Source: a virus. From it: 64,000 nt of DNA. Shown here in pieces: positions 1 through 9,589 of this stretch. The notes under the pieces are model-generated. The model did not search any database. It had not been told where the DNA came from and saw nothing but the letters and a program-made list of their open reading frames with translations. A program made the translations under genes and the position numbers. The DNA lies in IMG/VR virus record IMGVR_UViG_3300042945_001784, positions 1 to 64,000 of that record. One strand, 5' to 3'. Each line of letters starts with the position of its first letter. The first letter of the stretch is position 1.

Positions 1-215
1 AGTGAATTATCGTCGTTATAGCGAATTGAAGCGGGTTGATCATAAACAACATCACCTTGAAACCCTTGAACTTCATCAAAACCGCGAAATTTACCAAATC
101 CCCGGTTGAAATCATACACTTCAGGCGCTAAACGTGCCTTTTCTTGTGCAGTTTTAGGGTACGGATTGCCAGTTGCAGCTGCCCACAGTGCATAATCTTG
201 CGGAGAAACGGGCAT
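1..215 (-). CDS. Hypothetical protein, 5' part only (runs off the window)
   Basis: ATG at 215 opens a stop-free frame MPVSPQDYALWAAATGNPYPKTAQEKARLAPEVYDFNRG... to position 1; not in the ORF track. Confidence 0.65.
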   Translation of the reverse strand, partial: MPVSPQDYALWAAATGNPYPKTAQEKARLAPEVYDFNRGFGKFRGFDEVQGFQGDVVYDQPASIRYNDDNS

Positions 216-461
216 TTTTATAGATATACCTAGATATAACGATTTTAGGCGCAATCAATACAGTATTAACGCCAGGAAAGATCCCCTAACGGCCTTAAAA
301 ACCTAGCTTTAAGGGTGAAAATCGGGGGAGACATCAAGCTCGCTCTGCTCGCAGGAGCGTGCGAGAGGAAAAAAAGAAAGGGGTGGGAGTATATGCTCCC
401 TCCGGTCGCAGGAACAGCCGTAGAGAAAGTTCTATTCGGATGTGTCCTTTGTTTTATTACT

Positions 462-677
462 GTGAGCTACGCAGCAATGCTTCAGCAGGCGGCGAACAAT
501 GTCTACGCCAAAGATTCTATCGGCGGCGCACCAATCTGTGGCGTCCTGCCACAGTGGTTTGTTGAGGAATTCGAGAAGTTCGTGGCACTTAAGCCCGAAG
601 CAGCCAGCTGGAACCAGCGGCAAATCGAGAACACTATGGCCAACCTCTGGGTCCTCGATCCCGAAGACCTCATCTGA
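462..677 (+). CDS. Hypothetical protein
   Basis: 3' part of ORF 315..677; start codon uncertain. Confidence 0.4.
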   Translation: MSYAAMLQQAANNVYAKDSIGGAPICGVLPQWFVEEFEKFVALKPEAASWNQRQIENTMANLWVLDPEDLI

Positions 678-721
678 ACCGGAGAAGGGGGAGCAACCGC
701 TCCCTCCGGTCGCTTTTTGAG

Positions 722-843
722 TTTTCCACAGGGTATTTATACCTACCTACACACCCTATTCTCCCTTAAACCCCAGTCATACCAACGCTTCTTAGCTATT
801 TTGTCAGGATATCTGTTACAAAATTGGTTGCACTTTTTCCACA
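722..843 (+). promoter_or_regulatory. Two TTTTCCACA DnaA-box-like sites
   Basis: TTTTCCACAGG at 722 and 835 in the non-coding region between divergent gene blocks. Confidence 0.45.
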
Positions 844-1219
844 GGCACTAAATCTTTTTACTGGGATCTCAGCCACGATTTAGAGGCTGTTTGGCTGTTT
901 GTCAGCCTCATCTTCAACCCTGATTTTTATATAACTAGAAATACTTTTAGCAAGATTGTTCAGAAGATTGCCTCCAGGAGCTAGTTATTCCTCCTAGATG
1001 CAGTCCTCAGACTGCTGTTCTTTGCTTGTTTTCTCATGGAGAAACTAGGCGCTGCAGTGTGCTGCGTTGCTATTGGCATAGCAGCCTTCACTCAGCTGAC
1101 ACTCCACTTGCTTGATCAGGCTACGGCTGAGCAATGCAAGAACCATGCGTGGCCTGCACACGCTGACCAGGTGCACCGTGACTGGTGCATCGCCAACAAC
1201 TACGAACTCTGATCTAACC

Positions 1220-1420
1220 ATGATCTTTATTACTACGGAGCACGGTCTCAAACTGTGCGACCAGCGAGGTACTTACCTCTATGACCAGCGCCAGGGGGAG
1301 GAGCCTACTCCGATCTGCTCGCCTGGTGCTGACTCTCCAATCCGCTGGTCACTCCAGCAGATGATTGAGAAGTGGGCGGATTACTCCGCCTACGGCAAGT
1401 ATGAACTTCACCTGTGGTGA
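1220..1420 (+). CDS. Small early hypothetical protein
   Basis: MIFITTEHG... within ORF 1112..1420. Confidence 0.6.
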   Translation: MIFITTEHGLKLCDQRGTYLYDQRQGEEPTPICSPGADSPIRWSLQQMIEKWADYSAYGKYELHLW

Positions 1421-1491
1421 GGTACCGCTCCCTGCGGTCGCTTTCTCTTCTTGCTTGATCAGGAAGAGAAAGTTCTTTCTTTTTTTGTTAT

Positions 1492-1540
1492 TAACTGATC
1501 CGTCAAAGCGGGTTCGGAGGTGCAAACCCTCCGGCAGTTA
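1492..1540 (+). ncRNA. Three-way-junction RNA motif with T-loop-like hairpin, copy 1
   Basis: TAACTG/CAGTTA closing stem; ATCCG-TCAAAG-CGGGT hairpin; CGGAGG-TGCAAAC-CCTCCG hairpin. Confidence 0.6.
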
Positions 1541-1555
1541 TTGCCCCCAGCGGAG

Positions 1556-1861
1556 ATGGGCACCGCACAACAGGAGAATCCTGTGGCCATTACTGAAGAG
1601 CTTTGGTTTGAAATCCAAGGCGCTGCAGAAGACGCTGTCGCTGCTGTTCAAAGCCAGAGGCACAACCCCACAGTCAAGGCAGTTGTTATATCTGCTGCGA
1701 TTGTAGGTGGAGTTGCTGTGTATTGCAGCACTCCACATGGCCGCAAGACGGTGAAGACCCTGTTTAACGCAGGTCGTAACCGCCTTGCCAAGTGGGTTGC
1801 TGTTGAGCAACCCCAGGTGGTTGAAGCAGAAGTTCTTTCTGCTGAACCAGCTAATCCGTGA
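1556..1861 (+). CDS. Hypothetical protein with one hydrophobic segment
   Basis: ORF; VVISAAIVGGVAVY segment. Confidence 0.65.
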   Translation: MGTAQQENPVAITEELWFEIQGAAEDAVAAVQSQRHNPTVKAVVISAAIVGGVAVYCSTPHGRKTVKTLFNAGRNRLAKWVAVEQPQVVEAEVLSAEPANP

Positions 1862-1895
1862 AAGCGGGGGACCAGGTGCAAACCCTGGTCTAGCT
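1849..1895 (+). ncRNA. Three-way-junction RNA motif with T-loop-like hairpin, copy 2
   Basis: AGCTA/TAGCT closing stem; CCG-TGAAAG-CGG hairpin; GACCAGG-TGCAAAC-CCTGGTC hairpin; stems differ from copy 1 but still pair. Confidence 0.6.
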
Positions 1896-1935
1896 TTTGC
1901 CACAATCCTGTGGCTTACCTTCACTTTGCTTTGCT

Positions 1936-2190
1936 ATGTCTTTTTTCAACAACCTTGTCAAAGCCAGCATTGCCGGTGGCGTTGTCATCGGTAGTGCTGT
2001 TGCCTACGCCCAGCTGAATGATGAGCAGCGTCAGAAGCTTCACTACGGTGTCAACAGACTGCGCCGCAAGGTAGCAGATCTGATTGCACCCAACGATGGT
2101 GCTTACACCATCCCCAAGGAAGTCGAGGCAGAGCTAGAGGCTCTGCTCAATAACGATGCCTTTGGTCGGGGACCCGACGACTGCAATTGA
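1936..2190 (+). CDS. Hypothetical membrane-anchored protein
   Basis: ORF; IAGGVVIGSAVAY resembles the segment in 1556..1861. Confidence 0.65.
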   Translation: MSFFNNLVKASIAGGVVIGSAVAYAQLNDEQRQKLHYGVNRLRRKVADLIAPNDGAYTIPKEVEAELEALLNNDAFGRGPDDCN

Positions 2191-2266
2191 TGATCCCTCA
2201 GAGGGAAGACAAAGTTCTTCCTTCTCTGTGATCTTCATGATCACATTCTTTGCACACTTCCTAACC

Positions 2267-2491
2267 ATGGAATCATTCATCTACGAGAAAGGCAACGACG
2301 GTTATCTCGTCACCATCCGTGGTGATTTTGCTGAGATGACCAAGGTTGACCTCGACCGCCAGGTATCCAAGTACATTCGCTTGGAAGCTCCTATCGAGCA
2401 CATCCGCTCCAGTGTGAAGAAGCTCGTCAACCAAGGCTACAAGCTGAGTAATCAGTTAGAACTTGGTTGGCAGCGTTTCATCGAAGCGTAG
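2267..2491 (+). CDS. Hypothetical protein
   Basis: MESFIYEK..., preceded by TGCACAC box. Confidence 0.65.
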   Translation: MESFIYEKGNDGYLVTIRGDFAEMTKVDLDRQVSKYIRLEAPIEHIRSSVKKLVNQGYKLSNQLELGWQRFIEA

Positions 2492-2547
2492 GACGAAACC
2501 GGAGGGTGCTATCCGCTCCCTTCGGTCGCTCCCTGCTATTAATTACT

Positions 2548-3048
2548 ATGTCTTTTGAATTGTTTTCAAAACGCTGGAAACGAGATGACAATTGTCCATC
2601 TTGTTTGTATTCTTTAACCAGAAATCGTTGTGTTGGTTGTTCTAAAAGACGGCCCCACCATTTAACTAATTATTGGGTAATTGGTTATGAGGATAAGAAG
2701 AAACTCATGGTTCACAATGTTTTATGGGTTTTAGATACGAAACAACAAGTTCCGGATGGTTTAGAAGTAGATCATATTGATAGAAATGGAGAAAACAATT
2801 TACAGAGTAATCTTAGGCTCTTAACTTCTACTGAGCAGAAACTTAACACGCCTGCCAGGAAGAATTCAACTTCAGTATATAAAGGAGTTTCTTGGTCTAG
2901 GCATAAGCTTAAGTGGCGATCTCAGGTGCAACTTAACAAAGTTAAGATTTTTCTCGGATACTTTGATACTGAAATTGAAGCTGCAATTGCTTATGACTTT
3001 TACATGAAGACGCATGGACCTGAATGTAGCTATTTAAATTTTCAGTAA
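2548..3048 (+). CDS. HNH homing endonuclease with C-terminal AP2 DNA-binding domain
   Basis: VDHIDRNGENNLQSNLR HNH motif; YKGVSW...KWRSQ...FLGYFDTEIEAAIAYD AP2 motif; visibly AT-rich. Confidence 0.9.
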   Translation: MSFELFSKRWKRDDNCPSCLYSLTRNRCVGCSKRRPHHLTNYWVIGYEDKKKLMVHNVLWVLDTKQQVPDGLEVDHIDRNGENNLQSNLRLLTSTEQKLNTPARKNSTSVYKGVSWSRHKLKWRSQVQLNKVKIFLGYFDTEIEAAIAYDFYMKTHGPECSYLNFQ

Positions 3049-3126
3049 ATGCTTTCACTTGGAGTTGTTTACAACTTCAATTGAAGGCTTTTGCCTTCAC
3101 TATGATGAGTCCCTGCTTTGCTCACC

Positions 3127-3978
3127 ATGTCACTTTCTGCTTTCATTGTTAACTTCATGAACCGTCATCGTGAAGAGCTACCTGCTTACATTGCGATGAC
3201 GTTTGGAATAGGCATCGGAGGACTACTGTGCATTGGCTTGAACAAAGCGATCAACGCCAGGGTTCTTGAGCTTTGCGATAGAAATCTAAATCAAATTATC
3301 TACGTTAAGACAGCAGTAGGTGATAGCTACGGCTGTGTATCCAAGATGGTATTGAACGGGCCACCCGCTCCAATCAAACCATGAGAAAGATTTTATTCAA
3401 TTCAATGATCTTAACGATCATTTTTTTGTTCTTGTGCCTTTAGTCATGACTCAACAAATGTATAGCCACGACACCATTTGGCTGCTGTTGCATAACATTC
3501 CTCTCATGGAATATGCACGGCACAATGAGCCAAAGTTGTGGCGGAAGTTCCTTGAGTTGGTTTCAGATGAGACTGCTCAAGGTTATCCCGATACATGGAA
3601 CACAACCTTCCTGATCAATAAGATTGCGGAAGACTTGGGTTCCTACAAGCTGCTCCTTGATATCTGGTTGCAGATCGAGGAGCCGCTGAACGATGTCCTT
3701 AATCCTATCCAGCGTGACTGGATTGATGCTCAACTATGAACAACTACACCTTCTACATTCCTGGAGTCAACAAGCTGACTGGTCTTAGCCAGGAGGATTG
3801 GGACTTCTTGTGTGAGCGTGCGGAGGAGAACAACGTTCTACCTTGTACGCTTGCCGCCAGGATTATCGCCAACGAGTTGGCTCAGTGGCGTGATGAAATT
3901 CATTACGCCGATCAACAGGAAGGGCTTCGTGCAAATGAAGCCATGATCCAAGAGAAAGTTATAGAAGAGATTGTTTAA
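3127..3978 (+). other. Three small hypothetical CDS (3127-3384, 3446-3739, 3736-3978)
   Basis: Tightly packed ORFs; ATGA overlap at 3736. Confidence 0.65.
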
Positions 3979-4085
3979 TCTTTTCTTTATCTTTCCAGAT
4001 GTCTGCACTTTGGGATTCCATGCTTTGCGTGGTTCCCTTTCTGCAGACTTCCAAGTCTGCTTTGCACAACTACCTAGACAACACC

Positions 4086-4535
4086 ATGTCTGCTGCTAAC
4101 AACGGAAACCTGGTCGGTACCATCGTGTCCGACATTGTGACCAAGAATCCTAACGATTCTCTCTCGGTTACACAGTTCCGTGTTGCTCCGCTCGATGCCA
4201 GGGAAGAGGATTCTCCGCTGCCTGTCATCGCTTACAACGGTATCGGTGACAACATCACCAAGCGTTACAACAAGGGTGACACTGTTGCCCTGACGACACG
4301 CTTGCGTTATGTCACCTGGATGACGCCAGAAGGTGAGCCCCGTGGTCGTATGGAGGTTATCGTTACCTCTGTCAACACGGTTCGCCTTGGCCAGATCTCA
4401 ACAGCTCAACGGGCTGCTGAAGCTGCTGGTGTCATTGAAGCGAGCACGATTGACAAGTCCGCTCGCTCTGCTGCCACCGCTACCACCAGGGTTCCTTATG
4501 CGCAGGAACCGACCGCTGAGGTTGTTCCTTTCTGA
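4086..4535 (+). CDS. ssb: Single-stranded DNA-binding protein (OB fold)
   Basis: LVG..., KGDTVALTTRLRYVTW...GEPRGRMEV, C-terminal VPF tail. Confidence 0.8.
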   Translation: MSAANNGNLVGTIVSDIVTKNPNDSLSVTQFRVAPLDAREEDSPLPVIAYNGIGDNITKRYNKGDTVALTTRLRYVTWMTPEGEPRGRMEVIVTSVNTVRLGQISTAQRAAEAAGVIEASTIDKSARSAATATTRVPYAQEPTAEVVPF

Positions 4536-4570
4536 GCAGAAGGTTAGCCCGACTCTTGCACTTAAACCTT

Positions 4571-4606
4571 CCGGGTTAGTACATCTGTATTAGCCCGGTG
4601 GTTTTT
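4571..4606 (+). terminator. Hairpin with T-tract after ssb
   Basis: CCGGGTTAGTAC-ATCT-GTATTAGCCCGG then GTTTTT. Confidence 0.55.
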
Positions 4607-4647
4607 CTGCAGGACTCATCTCCTGCATAATCCTTTGCACTCTGCCA

Positions 4648-5037
4648 ATGGGCCTCGACCAGTACGCCTACATCAAGTTCCAACCTGAGTATGAGAACTG
4701 GCTGTTCCTTATGGAATGGCGCAAACATCCCAACCTCCAGGGTTGGATGGAACGCCTCTGGCGCAAGAAGATGAACAGCAGTGAACCATATGAGAAAGAT
4801 ACTTCAATGAACGATGAGTTCAATGGAGTTGAAGTTGAACTCACCCTTGAAGACATCCTTCAGTTACAGCAAGACATCAGAGATGACAATCTTGATGGTG
4901 GCTTTGGCACCACGACAGGATTCTTCTTCGGTAGTAATGCCGACGATGAATACAAGTGGAAAGATCTTAGCTTCTGTGATCGTGCCAAAGTTGCACTGAA
5001 GAATAACCATACTGTTTACTACTACAGTTCTTGGTAA
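4648..5037 (+). CDS. Conserved phage hypothetical protein
   Basis: MGLDQYAY...WRKHPNLQGWM...GFFFG...VYYYSSW pattern common in phages. Confidence 0.8.
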   Translation: MGLDQYAYIKFQPEYENWLFLMEWRKHPNLQGWMERLWRKKMNSSEPYEKDTSMNDEFNGVEVELTLEDILQLQQDIRDDNLDGGFGTTTGFFFGSNADDEYKWKDLSFCDRAKVALKNNHTVYYYSSW

Positions 5038-5158
5038 TTCCCTTTGCTTTTAAATCCACCTACTTTCTATGAACCATGAACAAATCTCTACAAGATCTCC
5101 ACCCGGTTGAGTTCATTTTTGTTTGCATCCTCTTCATTGCAGCAACAATCCTCAACCT

Positions 5159-5500
5159 ATGCACACCCTCCAACCCTACCGAAGCGAAACGCCCATCGAA
5201 AGAACCGAGCGGTTCAAAGAATGGTACGAACGCTACACCGAATACGAAGGTGAGCCGACCACGATCACGGTCCACCAAGTCTGGCACCAGTACGGTGGAC
5301 CAGAAGAAGGAGGATGGACCTTCCCTTGTGGTTACCCCGTCGAAACCGTCTGCATCTTCTCGCAAGCCCAAGCCCTCAGGGTTCTCCACGAACTCCACGA
5401 GAAGTACGACAGTGAAGACTACGAGGACGATCTCTACGACATCTGCTTAGCCCAGGGCTACGCTAAGTTCTACCCAGAGACTCGTCCTCACTACGAATGA
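5159..5500 (+). CDS. Conserved phage hypothetical protein
   Basis: YGGPEEGGW...RPHYE motif. Confidence 0.75.
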   Translation: MHTLQPYRSETPIERTERFKEWYERYTEYEGEPTTITVHQVWHQYGGPEEGGWTFPCGYPVETVCIFSQAQALRVLHELHEKYDSEDYEDDLYDICLAQGYAKFYPETRPHYE

Positions 5501-5916
5501 TCTGCTTACCTAATCCAACAATTACTCAACAAATGTTTCAAGTTATTTGCACGCCCAAACACTTCGCATTTAATGGAGGTGGTGATCTTTGGGCTTTTGA
5601 TTATGACTTTGAAGGTGAATCAATTGTCGATGAACCTTTGATGCCTGAAGCAACGGAACTTGTTAACCGTTTGCTCAAGTATAAATACCAAGAACCTACC
5701 TCCAAGATCTCCATCATCTTTTGTTCTTTTGGCGTTGTCAAAGAACCTGATATTGAACTTAAATATGTAGGTCCAAAAGATGAAGGCAGTCTATATGAAG
5801 TTGTAAACCCTTCAGAACCTGATCTTGCAATGACGATCTGGTTGTGTCCAGTCTTTGATAGTTTCTACAATGAAAGACCTGAACAACTCTTTGCAGTTGT
5901 TGAACGTTTAGATTAG
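5497..5916 (+). CDS. Hypothetical protein
   Basis: ATGA overlap with previous gene; WAFD...DEPL...IWLCPV. Confidence 0.7.
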   Translation: MICLPNPTITQQMFQVICTPKHFAFNGGGDLWAFDYDFEGESIVDEPLMPEATELVNRLLKYKYQEPTSKISIIFCSFGVVKEPDIELKYVGPKDEGSLYEVVNPSEPDLAMTIWLCPVFDSFYNERPEQLFAVVERLD

Positions 5917-6578
5917 TCTAGCAACCAGGATGGAATACCACCACCAAATAATTCAACAGGTTTGATATTTCCACTAGGAAGAATCAAACTGTGTTGCGAT
6001 CCAAGTGGATCAAGAGAACCCATCATGCCTGCTCTCTGATAAAGAGAAGCTCTCCTTAATGATGTGGGTTCGTTAGCAAGAAGCAAAGCTTTACCAGGAT
6101 TAAGTTCCATTAACCGTGGCACAACTTGGTTCTGGTAAACATCTTTAACTGCTCTCAATACTGAACGGCTTTGTCCTGCACCTAAACCTTCTACTGGAGC
6201 TGCCATTGCTTTGCCAACTGCAGCGCCAGGCCACTCAAACGAAACACTTCCTATGCCTGCAATTTTATCGCCAGCTGCATAGAGCTGTTGCAATGTTTGA
6301 GGATTGGCAGTCAGCATTGTCTGCCTATGAACTAATGTTTTAATCCGATCTGCTAAGTCTTTAACTCCACCAAGATCTGTTACGGTAACTTGCAATGGAC
6401 CAAGACCTGTCTCTACCAATTCCTTCACGGCGCGACCGGCGCCAGGGAGATTAATCTCTCCCATTCTTCCAAAATATTTCAGAACATTTTCAACTGTCTG
6501 CGGTTTAGTAACAGGAACCATCTTGGCTCCAGTTGCTAATGACCTAGCAGCTGCCATTCTGATTGGAGTGGCAGACAT
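5913..6578 (-). CDS. Hypothetical protein, lone opposite-strand insert
   Basis: 221-aa Gly/Ala-rich ORF with AT-rich upstream region. Confidence 0.7.
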   Translation of the reverse strand: MSATPIRMAAARSLATGAKMVPVTKPQTVENVLKYFGRMGEINLPGAGRAVKELVETGLGPLQVTVTDLGGVKDLADRIKTLVHRQTMLTANPQTLQQLYAAGDKIAGIGSVSFEWPGAAVGKAMAAPVEGLGAGQSRSVLRAVKDVYQNQVVPRLMELNPGKALLLANEPTSLRRASLYQRAGMMGSLDPLGSQHSLILPSGNIKPVELFGGGIPSWLLD

Positions 6579-6635
6579 TAATTACCTATAATTACTTTCC
6601 TTTATTTTAATTTCAACCCACTTACCACCAAAACC

Positions 6636-6896
6636 ATGACTGCACCTGAAAACGTTTTTGTTCTCAAGCATCTTTCAATGCCAACAGAGAAAGATGCTGA
6701 TCCTTACGGTGATATTCTATTTTTCTCCAGGAAGAGCGGATGGATTATCACCAAGCTGGAGGATGCACAGGAAATGATTGACGATTTTGATTGCACTCAC
6801 TGGACATGGACTCCAGAAGTACCAACAACTGATGACTATGAACTGGACTCCACTAGGACTGAACAACTCAGGAATACAGGTTGGCTCAAAGATTAA
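6636..6896 (+). CDS. Hypothetical protein
   Basis: PTEKDAD...THWTWTP. Confidence 0.7.
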   Translation: MTAPENVFVLKHLSMPTEKDADPYGDILFFSRKSGWIITKLEDAQEMIDDFDCTHWTWTPEVPTTDDYELDSTRTEQLRNTGWLKD

Positions 6897-6960
6897 TTAG
6901 ACATAAAGAAACTACTCAAGATGGGGGTGATATCACTCACTTCTTCAGTACATATGAACT

Positions 6961-6998
6961 AGCGGGCGTCATGTTTTCCTTCATGGCGTCCGCTTTAT
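6961..6998. terminator. Strong hairpin
   Basis: AGCGGGCGTCATG-TTTTCCTT-CATGGCGTCCGCT then TTAT. Confidence 0.5.
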
Positions 6999-7258
6999 CT
7001 TGACGAATTGCATACCAAGTCTGCTTGTTGCTACGGATTGCGGTAGCCTTGGCTTTGTTCAAGTAGGTGATCAGTGCGCTTTGCATGACTTCCTCGTGGA
7101 ATCTGTATTAATTTATACAATACCAAGAGGTCCAGGGTATGCGTAGTTCACATCGTTACACAATCATCAGTTAACACCAAGATCTGGGCATCTATTCAGC
7201 AACGCCGCGTCCAGGACAAGCTGGAAGTGTAAGTCCCAGACCCTTCACCTTTCTAATC

Positions 7259-7393
7259 ATGCACGAATCTCCGTACATGGGTTGGATTGTTCCTAACTCT
7301 TGGCAAGAACCAGAGTATGAGGACGATCAAACCGATCAAGTTCCAGAAGATGAAAGTGATTTTGATGACGAAGGGTTATTCACTCTTCGTTAA
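7259..7393 (+). CDS. 44-aa highly acidic peptide
   Basis: MHESPYMGWIVPNSWQEPEYEDDQTDQVPEDESDFDDEGLFTLR; below ORF-track cutoff. Confidence 0.5.
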   Translation: MHESPYMGWIVPNSWQEPEYEDDQTDQVPEDESDFDDEGLFTLR

Positions 7394-7428
7394 TCACATC
7401 ATCTTCATTGCCCCTCTGCACACTCACC

Positions 7429-7725
7429 ATGTCCCACAACATTACTGACATCAGAGACTTTCACACTCTGATTTACGCCATGGAGAAGAAGGTCAAGCAA
7501 CTTCTTCTTGAAGACCAGAAGAGGCATCAAATGGATGCAGAACCTTACTGGTCTCTGGAGATCATCGAAGATGAGATTCTCCCAGCACTGGAGAAGTTCT
7601 TGGAAGTCTGGGATGACGATCCAACTCCCCAATATCTATACGACAACACAGGTGGTGAGCCTCCTGTAACAGCTGCTGAGATGCACACCGCTGCATGGAA
7701 GCAGCACCAGGAGATGCACTCCTGA
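7429..7725 (+). CDS. Hypothetical protein
   Basis: TGCACAC box upstream; GGEPPVTAAEMH tail. Confidence 0.7.
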   Translation: MSHNITDIRDFHTLIYAMEKKVKQLLLEDQKRHQMDAEPYWSLEIIEDEILPALEKFLEVWDDDPTPQYLYDNTGGEPPVTAAEMHTAAWKQHQEMHS

Positions 7726-7779
7726 ATCGCAAACAGGGGCTAGTACATCGTTACTAGTCCCGCTTCTTCATCAAAAGCC

Positions 7780-7992
7780 ATGCGTTGCGCTCAATGTGAC
7801 CACCCCAGGCTGCGTGTTGATCGTACTTATGCAGATACTGCTGAAACAATTACACGCTGTCGCATTTGTCCTAACTGCGGTTATAAAGTTTTCACTGTTG
7901 AAGTTGAGCTTCCACCAGGCACAGCCCGTCACCAGCACGGTGCTGAAAGCTTGAAGCGATTGCCTGGCGGACTACGCGTTCACTTCTCTTGA
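7780..7992 (+). CDS. NrdR-like zinc-ribbon protein
   Basis: MRCxxC...RVDRT...TRCRICxxCGYKVFTVE resembles the NrdR N-terminal domain; no ATP cone. Confidence 0.7.
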   Translation: MRCAQCDHPRLRVDRTYADTAETITRCRICPNCGYKVFTVEVELPPGTARHQHGAESLKRLPGGLRVHFS

Positions 7993-8146
7993 CGATGAAA
8001 ACTACTTACATCAAGCTGGCTTACCGTAACAACGGTGACTGGCAGATTGTAACGTACAAAACAGATGACCCTCAGTGGAGAGAAGCATTTCTGATTCTCC
8101 GCAACACCTTTCAATCTGTTCGTATCCTTTACACCTGATCACCGCC

Positions 8147-8829
8147 ATGGGTAAGAAGAAAGACAAGAAGAAGCAGGATAAGGAACAGCTTCCTGTTTCT
8201 AATCATGCTCTCAAAATTAAATACATTCTGGATCACTTTAACTTTGACAAAGTTCAAGAGGCAATGATTGCATTGAACTGGGTGTGGCAACACATGGATG
8301 ATCCAGATGATCAAACCATGCGTGTTCCTACCATTGAACGCATGAAACAAACTGCTGCACATCTCCTTTATAACGCAGCTACAAGTAAGGAACGTTACTT
8401 TGCAACAGGTGGATTCCATGCTCAGCGTTATGAAGAAGGAGACATTGCTCTTCAATTCATAATTGCTGAGTACGATACATGTGATGACACCATGTAATCG
8501 TGACTACACATCCCAAGTTTTTTATCTACCGTAACTCCAACAAACAACTCGTTGCTAAAGCCATGAACAACATTGATTGGGAACCCAACGACAGCACCAA
8601 GGATCTCAGCAAGACTGATGCTCCTACCATGCGTCAACTGGCTGGGATGCAGCTCGTCGCCAGGATGAAAGAAGCTGCAGACAAAGTAGGTGCTGGTTTT
8701 GTTGGTGGCTTCATTGATGAGAATGGCAACCGCTTCATGATGTCCAACATGGGCGAAGACTGCATGAAGGAAGAAGAAATCATGAAGCAATTAGAACAAT
8801 ACAGACGTGAAATAGAGGGAGACTTCTAA
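8147..8829 (+). other. Two hypothetical CDS (8147-8497, 8500-8829)
   Basis: Packed ORFs; ILDHFNFDKV...ATGGF pattern in the first. Confidence 0.7.
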
Positions 8830-8882
8830 ACTATTGTCCAATAAAACTTTGGTAGAATATAACATAACTACCAATTAATACA

Positions 8883-9584
8883 GTGCCTGCTAACCCTTAC
8901 GAATCTGGTTTCTTTGCCCCAGTAACACTACCTTCTGGTGCTCAGCCAGTTCCAAGAGGCCAAGCAGGTCAGGTTATTCCAATGATGGGTGGTGCAACTG
9001 CATCACCCTTACAACTAAAAGGCGGATACCGGAACATCTACGGTACACGTGTAGGTGGTACTTACGATCCACTTACACAACAAGCTGGCGTAGATGTTCA
9101 AGTTCCTATCGGTGATCACCAACGACAACTCTTCTTTGGTGTTAATGCACAAGGCAATCCTCAAACTAAAGACTGGGGTGCAACTCTTTCTCTTACAAAG
9201 AAGATTGCCCCCAGGACTCCAACAGCAGGAGAAGCTATCAATGCAATCACTGGTGGAGCATTAAACCGCGCTGTACCTGGTGCACCCGGCGTAGTTCAAG
9301 CTGATTTACGTAGCAACTTTATGAACAGCTTGACACCAGAGCAACTTCAACTGCTTGGCCAAAACGTAAAAGAGTATCAGCGCCAGGCTGTTGATGAAGC
9401 TTTAGGTATTCGTCAAGGTGCAGAAAAGTACGGCTTTCAATTAGGTTTTTCCGGTAGTGGTCCTCGTAATGATCAACAAGAACCAGCAACAGATTTAATT
9501 CCTGAAGGTTTGTATCCTGATCAAAAGACTCCAGGTAAAGATCAACTCGATTATTTTATCCAAGAACGCAAACTTCTTGATTAA
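8883..9584 (+). CDS. Hypothetical Gly/Gln-rich protein, moron-like
   Basis: 233-aa ORF; extended -10 TGGTAGAAT at about 8850. Confidence 0.7.
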   Translation: MPANPYESGFFAPVTLPSGAQPVPRGQAGQVIPMMGGATASPLQLKGGYRNIYGTRVGGTYDPLTQQAGVDVQVPIGDHQRQLFFGVNAQGNPQTKDWGATLSLTKKIAPRTPTAGEAINAITGGALNRAVPGAPGVVQADLRSNFMNSLTPEQLQLLGQNVKEYQRQAVDEALGIRQGAEKYGFQLGFSGSGPRNDQQEPATDLIPEGLYPDQKTPGKDQLDYFIQERKLLD

Positions 9585-9589
9585 AGATC

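Larger units (their letters stand above)
338..2530 (+). repeat. Dispersed 15-nt motif GCTC(C/G)CTNNG(G/C)TCGC, 5 copies
   Basis: Copies at 338-352, 395-409, 699-713, 1427-1441 and 2515-2529. Confidence 0.85.

Noticed and set aside
5060-5450. ORFs 5076..5450 (+) and 5060..5398 (-)
   Set aside because: They overlap the frame carrying the conserved YGGPEEGGW motif and have off-frame-like composition.
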